From contig OZ242221.1 of NCBI GenBank assembly GCA_965206845.1, positions 1,568,001 through 1,632,000 of the forward strand: a stretch of 64,000 nt of DNA, in the 5' to 3' direction. Position 1 is the first letter of the stretch. Each line of letters opens with the position of its first letter. Shown piece by piece: positions 1-9,131 of the stretch. The notes beneath the pieces are model-generated. The model was not told the DNA's origin and searched no databases. It was given only the letters and a program-made list of their open reading frames with translations. A program made the translations under genes and the position numbers. This DNA comes from Cenarchaeum sp. (lineage in GTDB: Archaea > Thermoproteota > Nitrososphaeria > Nitrososphaerales > Nitrosopumilaceae).

Positions 1-1
1 C

Positions 2-547
2 ATCGACGGGTGGCGCGACACCACGGTAATCAGCAACCTGGCAAAGCATGTGGATGTGGACAAGATGTTCTCTACAGTCGGCAACATGCCACCTGAGTTC
101 ATGTACTACTGCTTTTCGGTGCTAAAGCCGTTTGAGCAGGGAATAGAAAAATACATCAACTTTTTCAACAATATAGAGAACAAGCGTTTTGTAGACAACT
201 TTATCCGGGTGGAGAAGTGGCTGACGGACACGCCACCCATAGCCGGGGAGCTGTTCCGTCAGTGGATAAAGGACATCTATCAGGACAACCTCCTGATAAA
301 GAACAAGATGCATGTTGGTGGCGAACGCGTATCTCTGAAGAATATCACCATGCCAATATTTACGCAGGTGGCAGTGGGTGACCACCTGGTGTCCCCAGAG
401 TGCAGCATGCCGTTGCACTATGCAGTGGGAAGCGCCGACAAGGCCCTGAAGATGTATCCTACAGGCCATGTGGGTATGATTGCCAGCTCGCTCTCTCAGC
501 GGATGGTTCTGCCGGAGCTGGGACGCTGGCTCCGCAGGCGGTCATAA
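2..547 (+). CDS. phaC: Class III polyhydroxyalkanoate synthase subunit PhaC, 5'-partial
   Basis: Frame is open to the window edge. GNMP, F.R.EKW..D, GELFRQW...YQDN.L, catalytic D (GDHLV) and H (TGHVG) motifs of class III PhaC. Confidence 0.85.
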   Translation: MDGWRDTTVISNLAKHVDVDKMFSTVGNMPPEFMYYCFSVLKPFEQGIEKYINFFNNIENKRFVDNFIRVEKWLTDTPPIAGELFRQWIKDIYQDNLLIKNKMHVGGERVSLKNITMPIFTQVAVGDHLVSPECSMPLHYAVGSADKALKMYPTGHVGMIASSLSQRMVLPELGRWLRRRS

Positions 548-574
548 CACAGATACTTGCTCCAGCCCCCTGAG

Positions 575-830
575 AGTGGCCTTTACCCTGCTGATGGCGG
601 CAGGCCAGAAAACACGCGTACAGTGCGCTCTGTGTCTAGATGTGGATCAAGTCTAATCTTTGGCAACCCGGTATGCGGGCAGACAAAGGAGAGACTTTGA
701 GTACTGGTAGACGCTGATTCACGCTGAGCCGCCAATCGGGGAGACCGCCCAGGAGAGGGCGCCGGATCCCTTGCTGAACGGACCCTTCTGGACCAGGCGT
801 TAAGCGCCTCACCGCCGCCTTTCCACGATC
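575..830. ncRNA. Candidate structured non-coding RNA or non-autonomous element (IS110 bridge-RNA-like architecture)
   Basis: No credible ORF. Series of stems: 587-604 CCTGCTG/CGGCAGG; 647-700 long interrupted hairpin; 752-824 stem with a large two-sided internal loop capped by GGACC-cttct-GGACC. Confidence 0.4.
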
Positions 831-922
831 GACCGGATGTGGCCTCTTGATCGCGCCGCCATCCGTCATGGTATGTGCAGGTGCGGCCGCCAGGAACCGG
901 GCGGAGTGGTGCCTACCGGACC

Positions 923-1033
923 CTATGGCTGCAGCAGCTGGGATGCAGTAGACCAGATCACAGACGCCCCTATTGCAATCCCCACTGCACCCACGGCAGC
1001 TGCCAGCAGGAGAAACCTTCTGTTCTGCGCCAT
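923..1033 (-). CDS. Small single-TM membrane protein (36 aa)
   Basis: MAQNRRFLLLAAAVGAVGIAIGASVIWSTASQLLQP. ATG lies 7 nt after the SPOUT gene stop on the same strand; basic N-terminus followed by a hydrophobic helix. Confidence 0.55.
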   Translation of the reverse strand: MAQNRRFLLLAAAVGAVGIAIGASVIWSTASQLLQP

Positions 1034-1040
1034 GCCGCCG

Positions 1041-1868
1041 TCATGGACCGCACCGGTATAAAGTCTGCCCCATGTTCAGTATGGCCAGTGTGCCCAGCAC
1101 TGCCTCCTCCATTCGGACGGTGCCGGTGTGCTGGTCCGGAAAGAAGTTCAGTATGCGGGAGTGTTGAACCGATCTGATCCTGGCACCCAGCATGTCGTGC
1201 AGCCCGCGATCCGCTGATCCAAAGACCAGAAGCAGCGGGTGCTGCGCTTGGTACTCCTTGAGCATTCCCGGCCCCGGCACCCTGCCCTTTCTTGATGTGA
1301 GAATTATCTTGCCCTCCCAAGAGGACAGCACAGATGTCAGCTTGCCCCTCTGTCGTGTGCGGTACCCCGTGTAGTGCGGCGACTGCTCCCCGGTGATCTC
1401 ACTGTGCCGCATATCCGGATGCCCGCTGGCAAAGAGGACCGTCACCCTGCGGCCGATCTCTTCTTTGCCGTGGTATGGCAGCGGCTTGGCAGTGCCGATG
1501 TCGATGAACTTCATTGATCTCTGGGATATGACGACCCCGTCCCTGGCATCGCCTGCCTTGATCTTGCTTGGATCCGGGGAGGCCTGATGGCCTGCGATGT
1601 TGAGCGGGTGCAGCACGCCGGCGTACTTGAGAGCTACTTCCTTGGGAAAGAGCCTCCTTCTCAGGTACGGTGGCGTCTCTAGATAGCGCAGCACGGTGAC
1701 AAGCAGCCGCCGGTCGCTGGACGATGCGCCGTCCTCGTACACCATCACCGATTGCACGCCAAAGACAGCCGCTGCCCGGGCTATGGCAGATACCTTTCTT
1801 GACTTGTCAAGCTGGGTCTTGTCGCCCTTCAGGCACGAGTCTGGTATGGCAATGGATGTATCTGGCAT
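1041..1868 (-). CDS. SPOUT-family RNA methyltransferase (DUF171/MTH1-like)
   Basis: IAIPDS, IARAAAVFGV, YLETPPYLRR.LFP, LKYAG.L.PL, TSRKG, VFGS...GL and Q.T.TVR.EEA motifs. Confidence 0.9.
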   Translation of the reverse strand: MPDTSIAIPDSCLKGDKTQLDKSRKVSAIARAAAVFGVQSVMVYEDGASSSDRRLLVTVLRYLETPPYLRRRLFPKEVALKYAGVLHPLNIAGHQASPDPSKIKAGDARDGVVISQRSMKFIDIGTAKPLPYHGKEEIGRRVTVLFASGHPDMRHSEITGEQSPHYTGYRTRQRGKLTSVLSSWEGKIILTSRKGRVPGPGMLKEYQAQHPLLLVFGSADRGLHDMLGARIRSVQHSRILNFFPDQHTGTVRMEEAVLGTLAILNMGQTLYRCGP

Positions 1869-1903
1869 CTGGATAACCGCAACAGTGAAAATATAAAAAC
1901 GGT

Positions 1904-2641
1904 CTAGCCGTTTAGCGCAAACTGCGACTTTGCAGCCTCGGCGTACTTTGCCACATCGTCGGCAGGTATGTTCTCAAATGTCTTCGAGTCGGATCTTATG
2001 CGCGCCATTCTGATGTGGTCTGTTCTCTTCTTCTCATCGCTTGATATGTAGATTGCCGCAGCTGCCAGCACCGATGCCTCGTCCATGCCGATCTCTGTCT
2101 TGAATGACTTTTCCAGAAAAGTAGTGACCTCATCCGCACTGGAGCCGATTGCCACCGCGTCATATGATATGTATGTGCCGCTGGGGTCGGTGAGGTACAG
2201 CTGGCTCCGCCCATTCTCGTCGATGCCACCGATGATCAGCGACACTCCCACCGGTCTTATGCCGGCGTACTGGGTGTAGCTCTGGCACATGTCTGCCAGG
2301 TGCTTTGATAGCGTCTCGGCGCCCACCGGCTCGTCGTATATCAGCTGGTTGCTCTGCGCAAAGAACCTGGCGTTGTCTACCATGTTCCTGGCATCGGGAA
2401 TGTATCCTGCCGCTGCCACCCCTATGTGGCCTGCTATCTGAAAGATCTTCTGGGCATGCGTATCTATCTGAAGCTTCTTTGAGCGCTCCTCTGCGGCAAT
2501 CACTATTCCGTCTGAAGACCGGATGCCGACTGCAATAGTTCCACGGTGAACCGTCTCGATGGCGTACTCCACCTGATAGAGCCTGCCGTCTGGAGAGAAG
2601 ACTGTGATTGCTCGATCATAACCTTGCTGGGCAGGAAGCAT
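1904..2641 (-). CDS. psmA: Proteasome alpha subunit
   Basis: GYDRAITVFSPDGRLYQVEYA signature; RP.GVSL; TDPSG. Confidence 0.97.
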   Translation of the reverse strand: MLPAQQGYDRAITVFSPDGRLYQVEYAIETVHRGTIAVGIRSSDGIVIAAEERSKKLQIDTHAQKIFQIAGHIGVAAAGYIPDARNMVDNARFFAQSNQLIYDEPVGAETLSKHLADMCQSYTQYAGIRPVGVSLIIGGIDENGRSQLYLTDPSGTYISYDAVAIGSSADEVTTFLEKSFKTEIGMDEASVLAAAAIYISSDEKKRTDHIRMARIRSDSKTFENIPADDVAKYAEAAKSQFALNG

Positions 2642-2695
2642 TTCGTTTTTCTGGTCGCGAATCTTTAATTAAAGTCTTGTCACACAGACGGGGCG

Positions 2696-3112
2696 TTGCG
2701 CTTTGAGGTTGCATTTCGCGGACATCCAAACATAAGATCCCTTCACACAAGAACCGTCGAGATCACAAGGGAGCCTGGCCTGACTCTCCAGGGCGACTGT
2801 ATAGTGGGGGTCTGTGCTTCGTCGGGGTGTCTGGGCCTGCCTGATGAACTCAAGGCACTGCTCCGGAGCGGTGGTGCGCGCGTCAGGATCACGATAGCAG
2901 TCGGGAACCGCACCTTTGTGATTCGGGGCAGGGGGGATCCTGGGCTGGATCTGTCGCACCCGGATGATATGGTGATCAGGACAAGCTCTTTTGTCTGCCC
3001 GCGCACCCTGGCAGTTGGGTGCAGTGCCGCATCGGACTCGCTGCCACGGGAGATGGTGCGGGATCTCCAGAGCCCGGACGCTGTCGGCGCCATGATCATA
3101 TCTGTTGCGTGA
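2696..3112 (+). CDS. DUF371 domain protein
   Basis: GHPNIRS.H..T.EIT.E..LT..GDCI.GV and LSHP.D.VIR.S.F...RTL motifs. Confidence 0.88.
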   Translation: MRFEVAFRGHPNIRSLHTRTVEITREPGLTLQGDCIVGVCASSGCLGLPDELKALLRSGGARVRITIAVGNRTFVIRGRGDPGLDLSHPDDMVIRTSSFVCPRTLAVGCSAASDSLPREMVRDLQSPDAVGAMIISVA

Positions 3113-3244
3113 GTGTGTGTGGTCTGCCGCACCGGGCCGGGCGCAAGAGCCTGCCCGAATGCGCGGGTCTGCGCCCAAACAAACGTGGAATCCGGTCCCG
3201 TGCGGGTGCTACAAATTTTATACCGTGGATGTCACCGTACCTGC

Positions 3245-3367
3245 ATGGGGCGCCTCACCAAAATCTTCGTGCTGGTTCCGCTGATAGTCTTTGCCGGCGT
3301 GATATTTGGCTTTGGGATGTACAACACAATCTGCAAGAACGCCCACATCAACCTGCTAAACTGCTAG
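3245..3367 (+). CDS. Small single-TM membrane protein (40 aa) with C-terminal Cys pair
   Basis: MGRLTKIFVLVPLIVFAGVIFGFGMYNTICKNAHINLLNC; TTTTATA box about 25 nt upstream. Confidence 0.6.
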   Translation: MGRLTKIFVLVPLIVFAGVIFGFGMYNTICKNAHINLLNC

Positions 3368-3416
3368 GCTACATAGAAGCGAGCCTCTTATAGGGAAGAC
3401 GGCACACCACACCTCT

Positions 3417-3752
3417 GTGGATGAGCACGTCATAAGGCTGTCCGTACCGAAGATGCCCACAGACGATCAGCTGAGGAAGATCCGGGAGTGTTTTGAGGCC
3501 ATGCCTGCAGAGGAGATACTGGCGGGCCTCAGGTTTGCGCACAGCAGGTGGCAGGCAAAGGACGCCGGCGTGCTAAAGGTGGGAAGAAAGAGCATCATCC
3601 AGAAGGAGGTTCACTCGGTGACAGCAGAGCAGGCGCGGTGGCGGCTGGACAATTGGAAGATGATGGTTGCCAGCTACAGGCGGCACGGCTACAGCTACCC
3701 CACCATATCCAGGATAAAGAAGGCGTACAGCGGTATAGCAGGCGGCCAGTAG
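3417..3752 (+). CDS. Conserved hypothetical protein (thaumarchaeal type)
   Basis: Coding-like composition; TTATA box at about 3388; convergent with cdvB. Confidence 0.7.
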   Translation: MDEHVIRLSVPKMPTDDQLRKIRECFEAMPAEEILAGLRFAHSRWQAKDAGVLKVGRKSIIQKEVHSVTAEQARWRLDNWKMMVASYRRHGYSYPTISRIKKAYSGIAGGQ

Positions 3753-3763
3753 GGCTGCTGCCG

Positions 3764-4411
3764 CTAGATCATGGTGCCTTGCCGTTCCTCGACTATCTCG
3801 TCCTTCAACTCTGCAGGCACGTCTGGGATCAGTGCCTTGGCCTGGCCAGATATCTTGGCCTGGGCCTCCTCCATAATCTCCAGCGCCTCGCTGTTGGAGC
3901 TGCCCGCAGAGATCAGCTCCCCGGTATGGTTTACAGACGATGCCTGGAGTACGTCCCCTAGCATGCTTGAGAGATCCTGCATGGACATGGCGGCATCGGG
4001 CACCATTCCTGCCAGTGACGGTCCCAGTCCCTTGATTATGGACATGCATGGGCTGAGGGTTACTACAACGTCTCCAAGCTCCGATACCGTATTGAGCCTG
4101 AGCTTTATCTGCTCCATGGCCAGCCTGGAGCCGCTGACCAACTTGCACATCTTGCGGGCCTCGCCCAGCTCCGTGGCATAGGCCCTGGCGTAGGCGTTGT
4201 GGTTGGCTCGCTGGGCATCGACCACCTTGTTAAACAGAACATCGCTCTTTGCCCTCAAACTGCCGTGAACGGCGTCGAGCTTTCGTATCTGCGTCTCCAG
4301 ATTGCTCTGCGCCGCCTCGATCTTGCTCTTCAGCGGGGCTACCGGCTTGACCCTGTCTATTACCTGTGATAGGTTGCCTTTCTTGTCAGGTCTGTTCCAT
4401 CTGCCGATCAT
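3764..4411 (-). CDS. cdvB: CdvB / ESCRT-III (Snf7-like) cell division protein
   Basis: LFNKVV.A.......YA.EL.E.RK, LA.EQI.LRL.TVSELGDVVVTLSP.M..IK, and acidic C-terminal EEA...P.VP region typical of CdvB paralogs. Confidence 0.9.
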   Translation of the reverse strand: MIGRWNRPDKKGNLSQVIDRVKPVAPLKSKIEAAQSNLETQIRKLDAVHGSLRAKSDVLFNKVVDAQRANHNAYARAYATELGEARKMCKLVSGSRLAMEQIKLRLNTVSELGDVVVTLSPCMSIIKGLGPSLAGMVPDAAMSMQDLSSMLGDVLQASSVNHTGELISAGSSNSEALEIMEEAQAKISGQAKALIPDVPAELKDEIVEERQGTMI

Positions 4412-4442
4412 GATATCCCTTGCGTTTGGTTGAAGAATCTAC

Positions 4443-4501
4443 TTTAAACACGTCTGTAACCGCGTACCCTGTAACCGGAGTGACAGCGGGGTTGGGTTAC
4501 A
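4443..4501 (-). promoter_or_regulatory. cdvB promoter (TTTAAA) with three GGTTACA motifs
   Basis: CTGTAACCG at 4454 and 4469 (direct repeat); GGTTACA at 4495 (inverted); TATA at 4443-4448. Confidence 0.45.
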
Positions 4502-4646
4502 CCGGTACTCGATCTTTTGCCCCCGTATCCGGGAATTGCACGCCTGCATTGCGCCTGCCGGGGCAGGCATGTGCGCGGTGTCGCCTGCGCGTCTCTAAAT
4601 GGTGTGTGGCATGGAACCGCCTGCAGGTACCACAGGACACCTGCCA

Positions 4647-5798
4647 TCAGCCAAACGTGAACGTGAATATCTCAAAGCCGGGATCTTCCACTATGATGTG
4701 CAGCAGGTGCGAGCCTGCCTCCTGGCTCTGGACTATGTTGTAGAGGCGGTGCTCCTCTGTGTGGACTATGCCCGTCTGGGTCGTGTCCTGCCCCACCAGC
4801 GTGCCCACATCGCTACCCCAGTGCTGCTCTGGAAGGGTGGTTCCGTCACCGGTGACGAGTAACACCTGCAGGTCTGCGCTGTTGCCTGCCACTATGTTTA
4901 CCTCCTTGGCGCGGTACGGGAGCACGATCTCGCCGACATCTGAGACCAGCTTCATGCTGCCCCCACGATTCTCCCATGTGCCTGACAGGTAAAAGTAGTC
5001 CCGTGTGAGCGAGTCCGGTATCGTGTACGTCACATCGGAGCGGGGGGCAAAGCCCTCTGGACTTCCCAGCTGGTTTCTGCCCTGCGCAAAGTTGTACCCA
5101 AAGTAGAGCTCCGGCGTGCGGGATCTGGTGTGCTCAAACTCCTCGACGTCCACCAGGGATTCGGCCACGGCCGTCTGCATTCCAAGCGCCGCTGCCCTCT
5201 CTGCCAGCAGCGACTGAATGACGCGCTCGGTCTCGTCGTAGCTGCCCTCGCCTATGTGGTCATACCTGATGAAGCCCTCGTGATCCGCTATGTACTTTCT
5301 TGGCCAGTACCTGTTCTCAAAGGCCTTCCAGGTCTCCATGTCGTTGTCAAGCACCACGGGGTACGCGATGCCGTGCTTGTCCACTGCGGCCTGGACGTTG
5401 CTCAGCTCCTTCTCGAACTCAAACTCCGGCGCATGGATTCCCACGATCAGCAGGCCCTGATCCGCGTACCTGTCGTCCCAGGCCGTAATGTATGGCAGTG
5501 TCCGGATGCAGTTTATGCACGAGTAGGTCCAGATGTCGTACAGAACCACCTTGTCCTCTATCTCCGCCTCCAGCTCCTCGGGGGAGGTGTTGATGTATGC
5601 TGCAATTCCGATTATGCCCGGCGCCTGCTTGAAGCCGGACTTGTCTATTGCCGGTGCCGGTACGCCGGGCTCTGGTGGCTCCACGACGGGCTGCACCTGG
5701 GCTTCGTCCAGGGCCGAGAGGCTGAGGCTGATGCCGGCAACGGCTGCGACAATTACCACGCCAAGTATTACTGCTGTTTTTGCTCCGGACTCCATCAT
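4647..5798 (-). CDS. Membrane-anchored redoxin with DipZ-like C-terminal domain
   Basis: N-terminal TM; WTYSCINC thioredoxin motif; GIHAPEFEFEK; NRYWP; TPELYFGY; C-terminal FTFTFG. Confidence 0.88.
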   Translation of the reverse strand: MMESGAKTAVILGVVIVAAVAGISLSLSALDEAQVQPVVEPPEPGVPAPAIDKSGFKQAPGIIGIAAYINTSPEELEAEIEDKVVLYDIWTYSCINCIRTLPYITAWDDRYADQGLLIVGIHAPEFEFEKELSNVQAAVDKHGIAYPVVLDNDMETWKAFENRYWPRKYIADHEGFIRYDHIGEGSYDETERVIQSLLAERAAALGMQTAVAESLVDVEEFEHTRSRTPELYFGYNFAQGRNQLGSPEGFAPRSDVTYTIPDSLTRDYFYLSGTWENRGGSMKLVSDVGEIVLPYRAKEVNIVAGNSADLQVLLVTGDGTTLPEQHWGSDVGTLVGQDTTQTGIVHTEEHRLYNIVQSQEAGSHLLHIIVEDPGFEIFTFTFG

Positions 5799-5799
5799 A

Positions 5800-6528
5800 T
5801 CACCCTAGTAATAGCAGCTCGTTGAGAAGTGGAAAGTTTGCAATCAGCGCCAGCTGGTTTGTGAACACCAGAACCCCGAGGACTATGATGAATCCGCCGA
5901 GCATCACAGAGTAGTACTTGAGGTGCCGGCTGATGGAGCGTATCACTCTGGTGGCCCTAGAGAAGAACAGTGCCAGCAGTATAAACGGAATGCCAAGGCT
6001 CAACGAGTACACCAGCAGCAGGTTGAATGCCAGCGACGGCGTGGTGGCCGCCAGCGTAAGTATTGTTCCGAGAATGGGTCCCACGCAGGGTGTCCAGCCG
6101 GCAGCAAACGCCAGTCCGAACACAAATGACATGGGGTAGCTGGCCTTTGCTCTCTTTGGAAAGAATTTCTTCTCCATGTTGAGGGATCTGAACCTTGTGG
6201 TAAGGAGCAGGAATACCCCAAACGCGATAATTATGATGCCGCCGATCTGGCTGAATCCGTTGATCAGCTCTGTGGCAGAGCCTGCCAGGACGCTGTTGAT
6301 TACCACGCCTAGCGTGGAGAAGACCACCGAGAACCCTAGCACAAAGAAGACTGAGTTGAGCACCACGCCGCTTCGGTTTACCGTGACGGTGCTGGTCCCC
6401 TTATGGCTGAGCTCCGTTATCGTGGTGCCGGAGATATATGCCAGAAATGCAGGTATCATGGGAAGGATGCATGGCGCCACAAACGAGCCCAGTCCTGCTA
6501 GCGCGGCTACTGCGAGTGTGACTTCCAT
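5800..6528 (-). CDS. ccdA: Cytochrome c biogenesis / disulfide transfer protein CcdA
   Basis: SF.APCILP.IP and GWTPCVGPILG motifs, about six TMs. ATG at 6528 preferred over the longer ORF. Confidence 0.92.
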   Translation of the reverse strand: MEVTLAVAALAGLGSFVAPCILPMIPAFLAYISGTTITELSHKGTSTVTVNRSGVVLNSVFFVLGFSVVFSTLGVVINSVLAGSATELINGFSQIGGIIIIAFGVFLLLTTRFRSLNMEKKFFPKRAKASYPMSFVFGLAFAAGWTPCVGPILGTILTLAATTPSLAFNLLLVYSLSLGIPFILLALFFSRATRVIRSISRHLKYYSVMLGGFIIVLGVLVFTNQLALIANFPLLNELLLLG

Positions 6529-6707
6529 ATGGTAAAAACGTGCGAATTTACTTTTAACATTTGCTCCAAATCTGTTCCAAAATTCGTACAAATTGGGCGG
6601 GATCGGCTGCCGGAACACGGACTGCTTGCACCCGGCTTCGGGTGCAGATGCCGAACGGCTGTTTGCACCGTCGGTGGCTTTTTATCTCGGCGCGTGATCC
6701 TTACGAT

Positions 6708-6812
6708 GTGAATCAGCGGTATGTAATCGTGGGCATCATTCTGGGAATCACAATTGCAATTGCCTTCTTTGCGGGTTCGCCTATGTTTGGCGGGCTTGAC
6801 GGGAACAGGTAG
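6708..6812 (+). CDS. Small single-TM membrane protein (34 aa)
   Basis: GTG start, MNQRYVIVGIILGITIAIAFFAGSPMFGGLDGNR; TTTTTAT box about 25 nt upstream; tail overlaps bioF. Confidence 0.55.
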   Translation: MNQRYVIVGIILGITIAIAFFAGSPMFGGLDGNR

Positions 6813-7929
6813 CCAGCCCGAACCTTGTTGCTGCAGACTCCAGCGCCTCTAGGGCAGATTCGATATGATCCCGCTCCAGCCACGCGGTCACGGACAGCCT
6901 GATGCGTGCCTCGTCCTGCGGCACGGTGGGATACCGGATGGGTTGCACGAATATGCCTCGGTCTCGGAGAAATCCTGCCACCTCTGTTGCCCTTGCCGCA
7001 TCACCCACAAGAACGGGGATTATGTGGGACTGCGGGCCCGAGACCAGGCCCATCTGTTCCAGCCCTCGTGCCAGATGGCGCACATTGCGGGCCAGCCTAG
7101 AGCGGTGTGGTTCGAGATCCATGTTCAGGCGGTCCAGCGCATGCTCCACAATCCCTGCAGGCAGCGCCGATGTGAACATGAACGTCTTTGATCTGTTGAT
7201 GCACAGATCTACGACGTTTTGCCGCGACGCGACATAACCTCCAAAGGAGCCCAGGGCTTTGCTCAGGCTGCTGGTGATGATGTCGACGTCTGCCCCCAGC
7301 AGGGACGCGGCCCCGCCGCTGCCCACCGCAAAGTCCGCATGCGCATCATCCAGCACAAGTATGGCGCCTGCCTTTTGCACTATCTCGGCAATCTCCTTGA
7401 GCCTGGCATAGTCGCCGTCCATGCTGAAGATGCCCTCGGTCACAACGAACCTCCTTCTGGCCCCCTCCCTTATCCTCCTCTCCAGATCCTCCGTGTCGTT
7501 GTGGCCGTATACCGACACTTTTGCGCCTGAGAGCTTGATGGCCTGGATTATGCTGGTGTGGTTGAGCCGGTCAGATAGTATGAGGTCGCCGCTGCCGGCA
7601 ACGGCCGCCACGACACCCAGGTTTGCCATGTATCCGGTGGGGTATATCAGGGAGGCTGGCATGGACTTGAGCTCCGAAAGCCGGTCCTCTGCTGCGCGGT
7701 ACACCTCGTCATTCCCCGAGACCAGCCGTGCGCTGGACTGCATCCGTGACGGGATCATCTCTGATGACTGTATCCCCAGGTAGTCATTTGAGCAAAGGTT
7801 GAGCATTGTTGTGCCGCCGACTGTGATGTGCGGGCCCGATGTCCTGCCGTACGTCAGAGTGCGGTAGAGGGACTCGCGCCTCAGCCTCTCTATCTCGTCA
7901 TCAACATAGGAGAACCTTGACCCTGCCAA
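6781..7929 (-). CDS. bioF: 8-amino-7-oxononanoate synthase
   Basis: NLCSNDYLG, TGYMANLG, SDRLNH.SI, TEG.FSMDGD, DDAH, SLSKALG, IRYPTVP; downstream of bioB. Confidence 0.93.
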   Translation of the reverse strand: MAGSRFSYVDDEIERLRRESLYRTLTYGRTSGPHITVGGTTMLNLCSNDYLGIQSSEMIPSRMQSSARLVSGNDEVYRAAEDRLSELKSMPASLIYPTGYMANLGVVAAVAGSGDLILSDRLNHTSIIQAIKLSGAKVSVYGHNDTEDLERRIREGARRRFVVTEGIFSMDGDYARLKEIAEIVQKAGAILVLDDAHADFAVGSGGAASLLGADVDIITSSLSKALGSFGGYVASRQNVVDLCINRSKTFMFTSALPAGIVEHALDRLNMDLEPHRSRLARNVRHLARGLEQMGLVSGPQSHIIPVLVGDAARATEVAGFLRDRGIFVQPIRYPTVPQDEARIRLSVTAWLERDHIESALEALESAATRFGLATCSRQARQT

Positions 7930-7993
7930 GCACCCGATATGTCGTGCAGCAGGGATTTAATGTGTTCTGTCTGTCCGGCGTGGCGCGCAGGGC

Positions 7994-8980
7994 TCAGGAT
8001 CCCGCCTGTAGGCCCATCTCGCGTATCATTGCAATGTCATCGTCGGCCCGGTTTCCGCCCATGGTGAGGTACCCCTCGGTGATTATGCCGTTTGCACCAC
8101 CCAGGAGAAGGCCCCTCCCAGAGTCCGACAGCCCCGACTCCCTTCCGCCGGATATCTTGATCGTCGAGCTGGGAAGCAGAAACCGGAGGACGGCCACCAT
8201 TCTTGCCACCTCTGGCTCCTCTATCGGGGACTGGAGCTCTAGGGGCGTTCCGGGCACGGGCACCAGGATGTTGATCGTGACCTCTTCTGGCCGTATCCGT
8301 GCAATGTCGAGCGCCAGCTCCAGTCTCTGCCGCGCCGTCTCTCCCATGCCGATTATCCCACCGGTGCACAGCTCCAGCCCGGCGTCCCTGGCCACATCCA
8401 GCGTGTCCAGCCTGTCTTGGTACGTGTGTGTCGTGCAGATCTCGGGAAACTTGGATCTTGCCGTCTCCAGGTTGTGGTTATACCTCCTCACCCCCAGCCG
8501 CCTCAGTTGCCGTGCCTGGTCCGGCGTCAGAAAGCCCAGGCTGCACTCCACATCTATGCCCACCTTCTCTCGGATATCTGACACTATCCTGCACACACGC
8601 TCAAAGTCTGCGGGCGGCGGCTCCCGCCATGCGGCAACCAGGCAGTAGGATACGGAGCCCTGCTCCTTTGCCCTTCTTGCCCTGTCCACGATCTCCTCGG
8701 TTGGCGGGAGCTGGTACGTGTCTATGCCGGTGCTGTAAAACGCCGACTGGGAGCAGAAGGTGCAGTCCTCACTACATGCGTTCTTCTTTATGTTGTTTAG
8801 CTGTTCCACGTCCACCCCGGTGCCTATTACGGTCCTTGTGATCTCCGCTGCAGCTCCTGCAAGCATCCCGATGTGGTCTTGTGGGATGCCAAAGAGTGCC
8901 ATTGCGTCCTCTGCGGATATGCTGCCGCCGGCAAGCACTGTCGACTTGCAACGGGATATGATCTCTGTCTCGTTCAACAA
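7994..8980 (-). CDS. bioB: Biotin synthase (radical SAM)
   Basis: CSEDCTFCSQS, YNHNLET, C.GGI.GMGE, GTPL, GANG....YLT. Confidence 0.96.
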   Translation of the reverse strand: MLNETEIISRCKSTVLAGGSISAEDAMALFGIPQDHIGMLAGAAAEITRTVIGTGVDVEQLNNIKKNACSEDCTFCSQSAFYSTGIDTYQLPPTEEIVDRARRAKEQGSVSYCLVAAWREPPPADFERVCRIVSDIREKVGIDVECSLGFLTPDQARQLRRLGVRRYNHNLETARSKFPEICTTHTYQDRLDTLDVARDAGLELCTGGIIGMGETARQRLELALDIARIRPEEVTINILVPVPGTPLELQSPIEEPEVARMVAVLRFLLPSSTIKISGGRESGLSDSGRGLLLGGANGIITEGYLTMGGNRADDDIAMIREMGLQAGS

Positions 8981-9131
8981 CAGGATACCATCGCGCCGGA
9001 TAATAATAATTTGTGTGGTGTGGGATCGGCTCCCAGCATCGCCCGGATGCGGATCTGCACACCTGCCAGGCTTCTGCGCCCGGCACGCGCGCCGACAAAG
9101 CTTTTTTTATTCATGGCTGCCATCCAGAGCA

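Noticed and set aside
548-900. RNase P RNA, SRP RNA or cobalamin riboswitch as the identity of the structured region
   Set aside because: I could not find the RNase P P4 (GAGGAA..UCC), SRP helix-8 (GNRA/GGAAG..AGCAG) or complete B12-box motifs on either strand.
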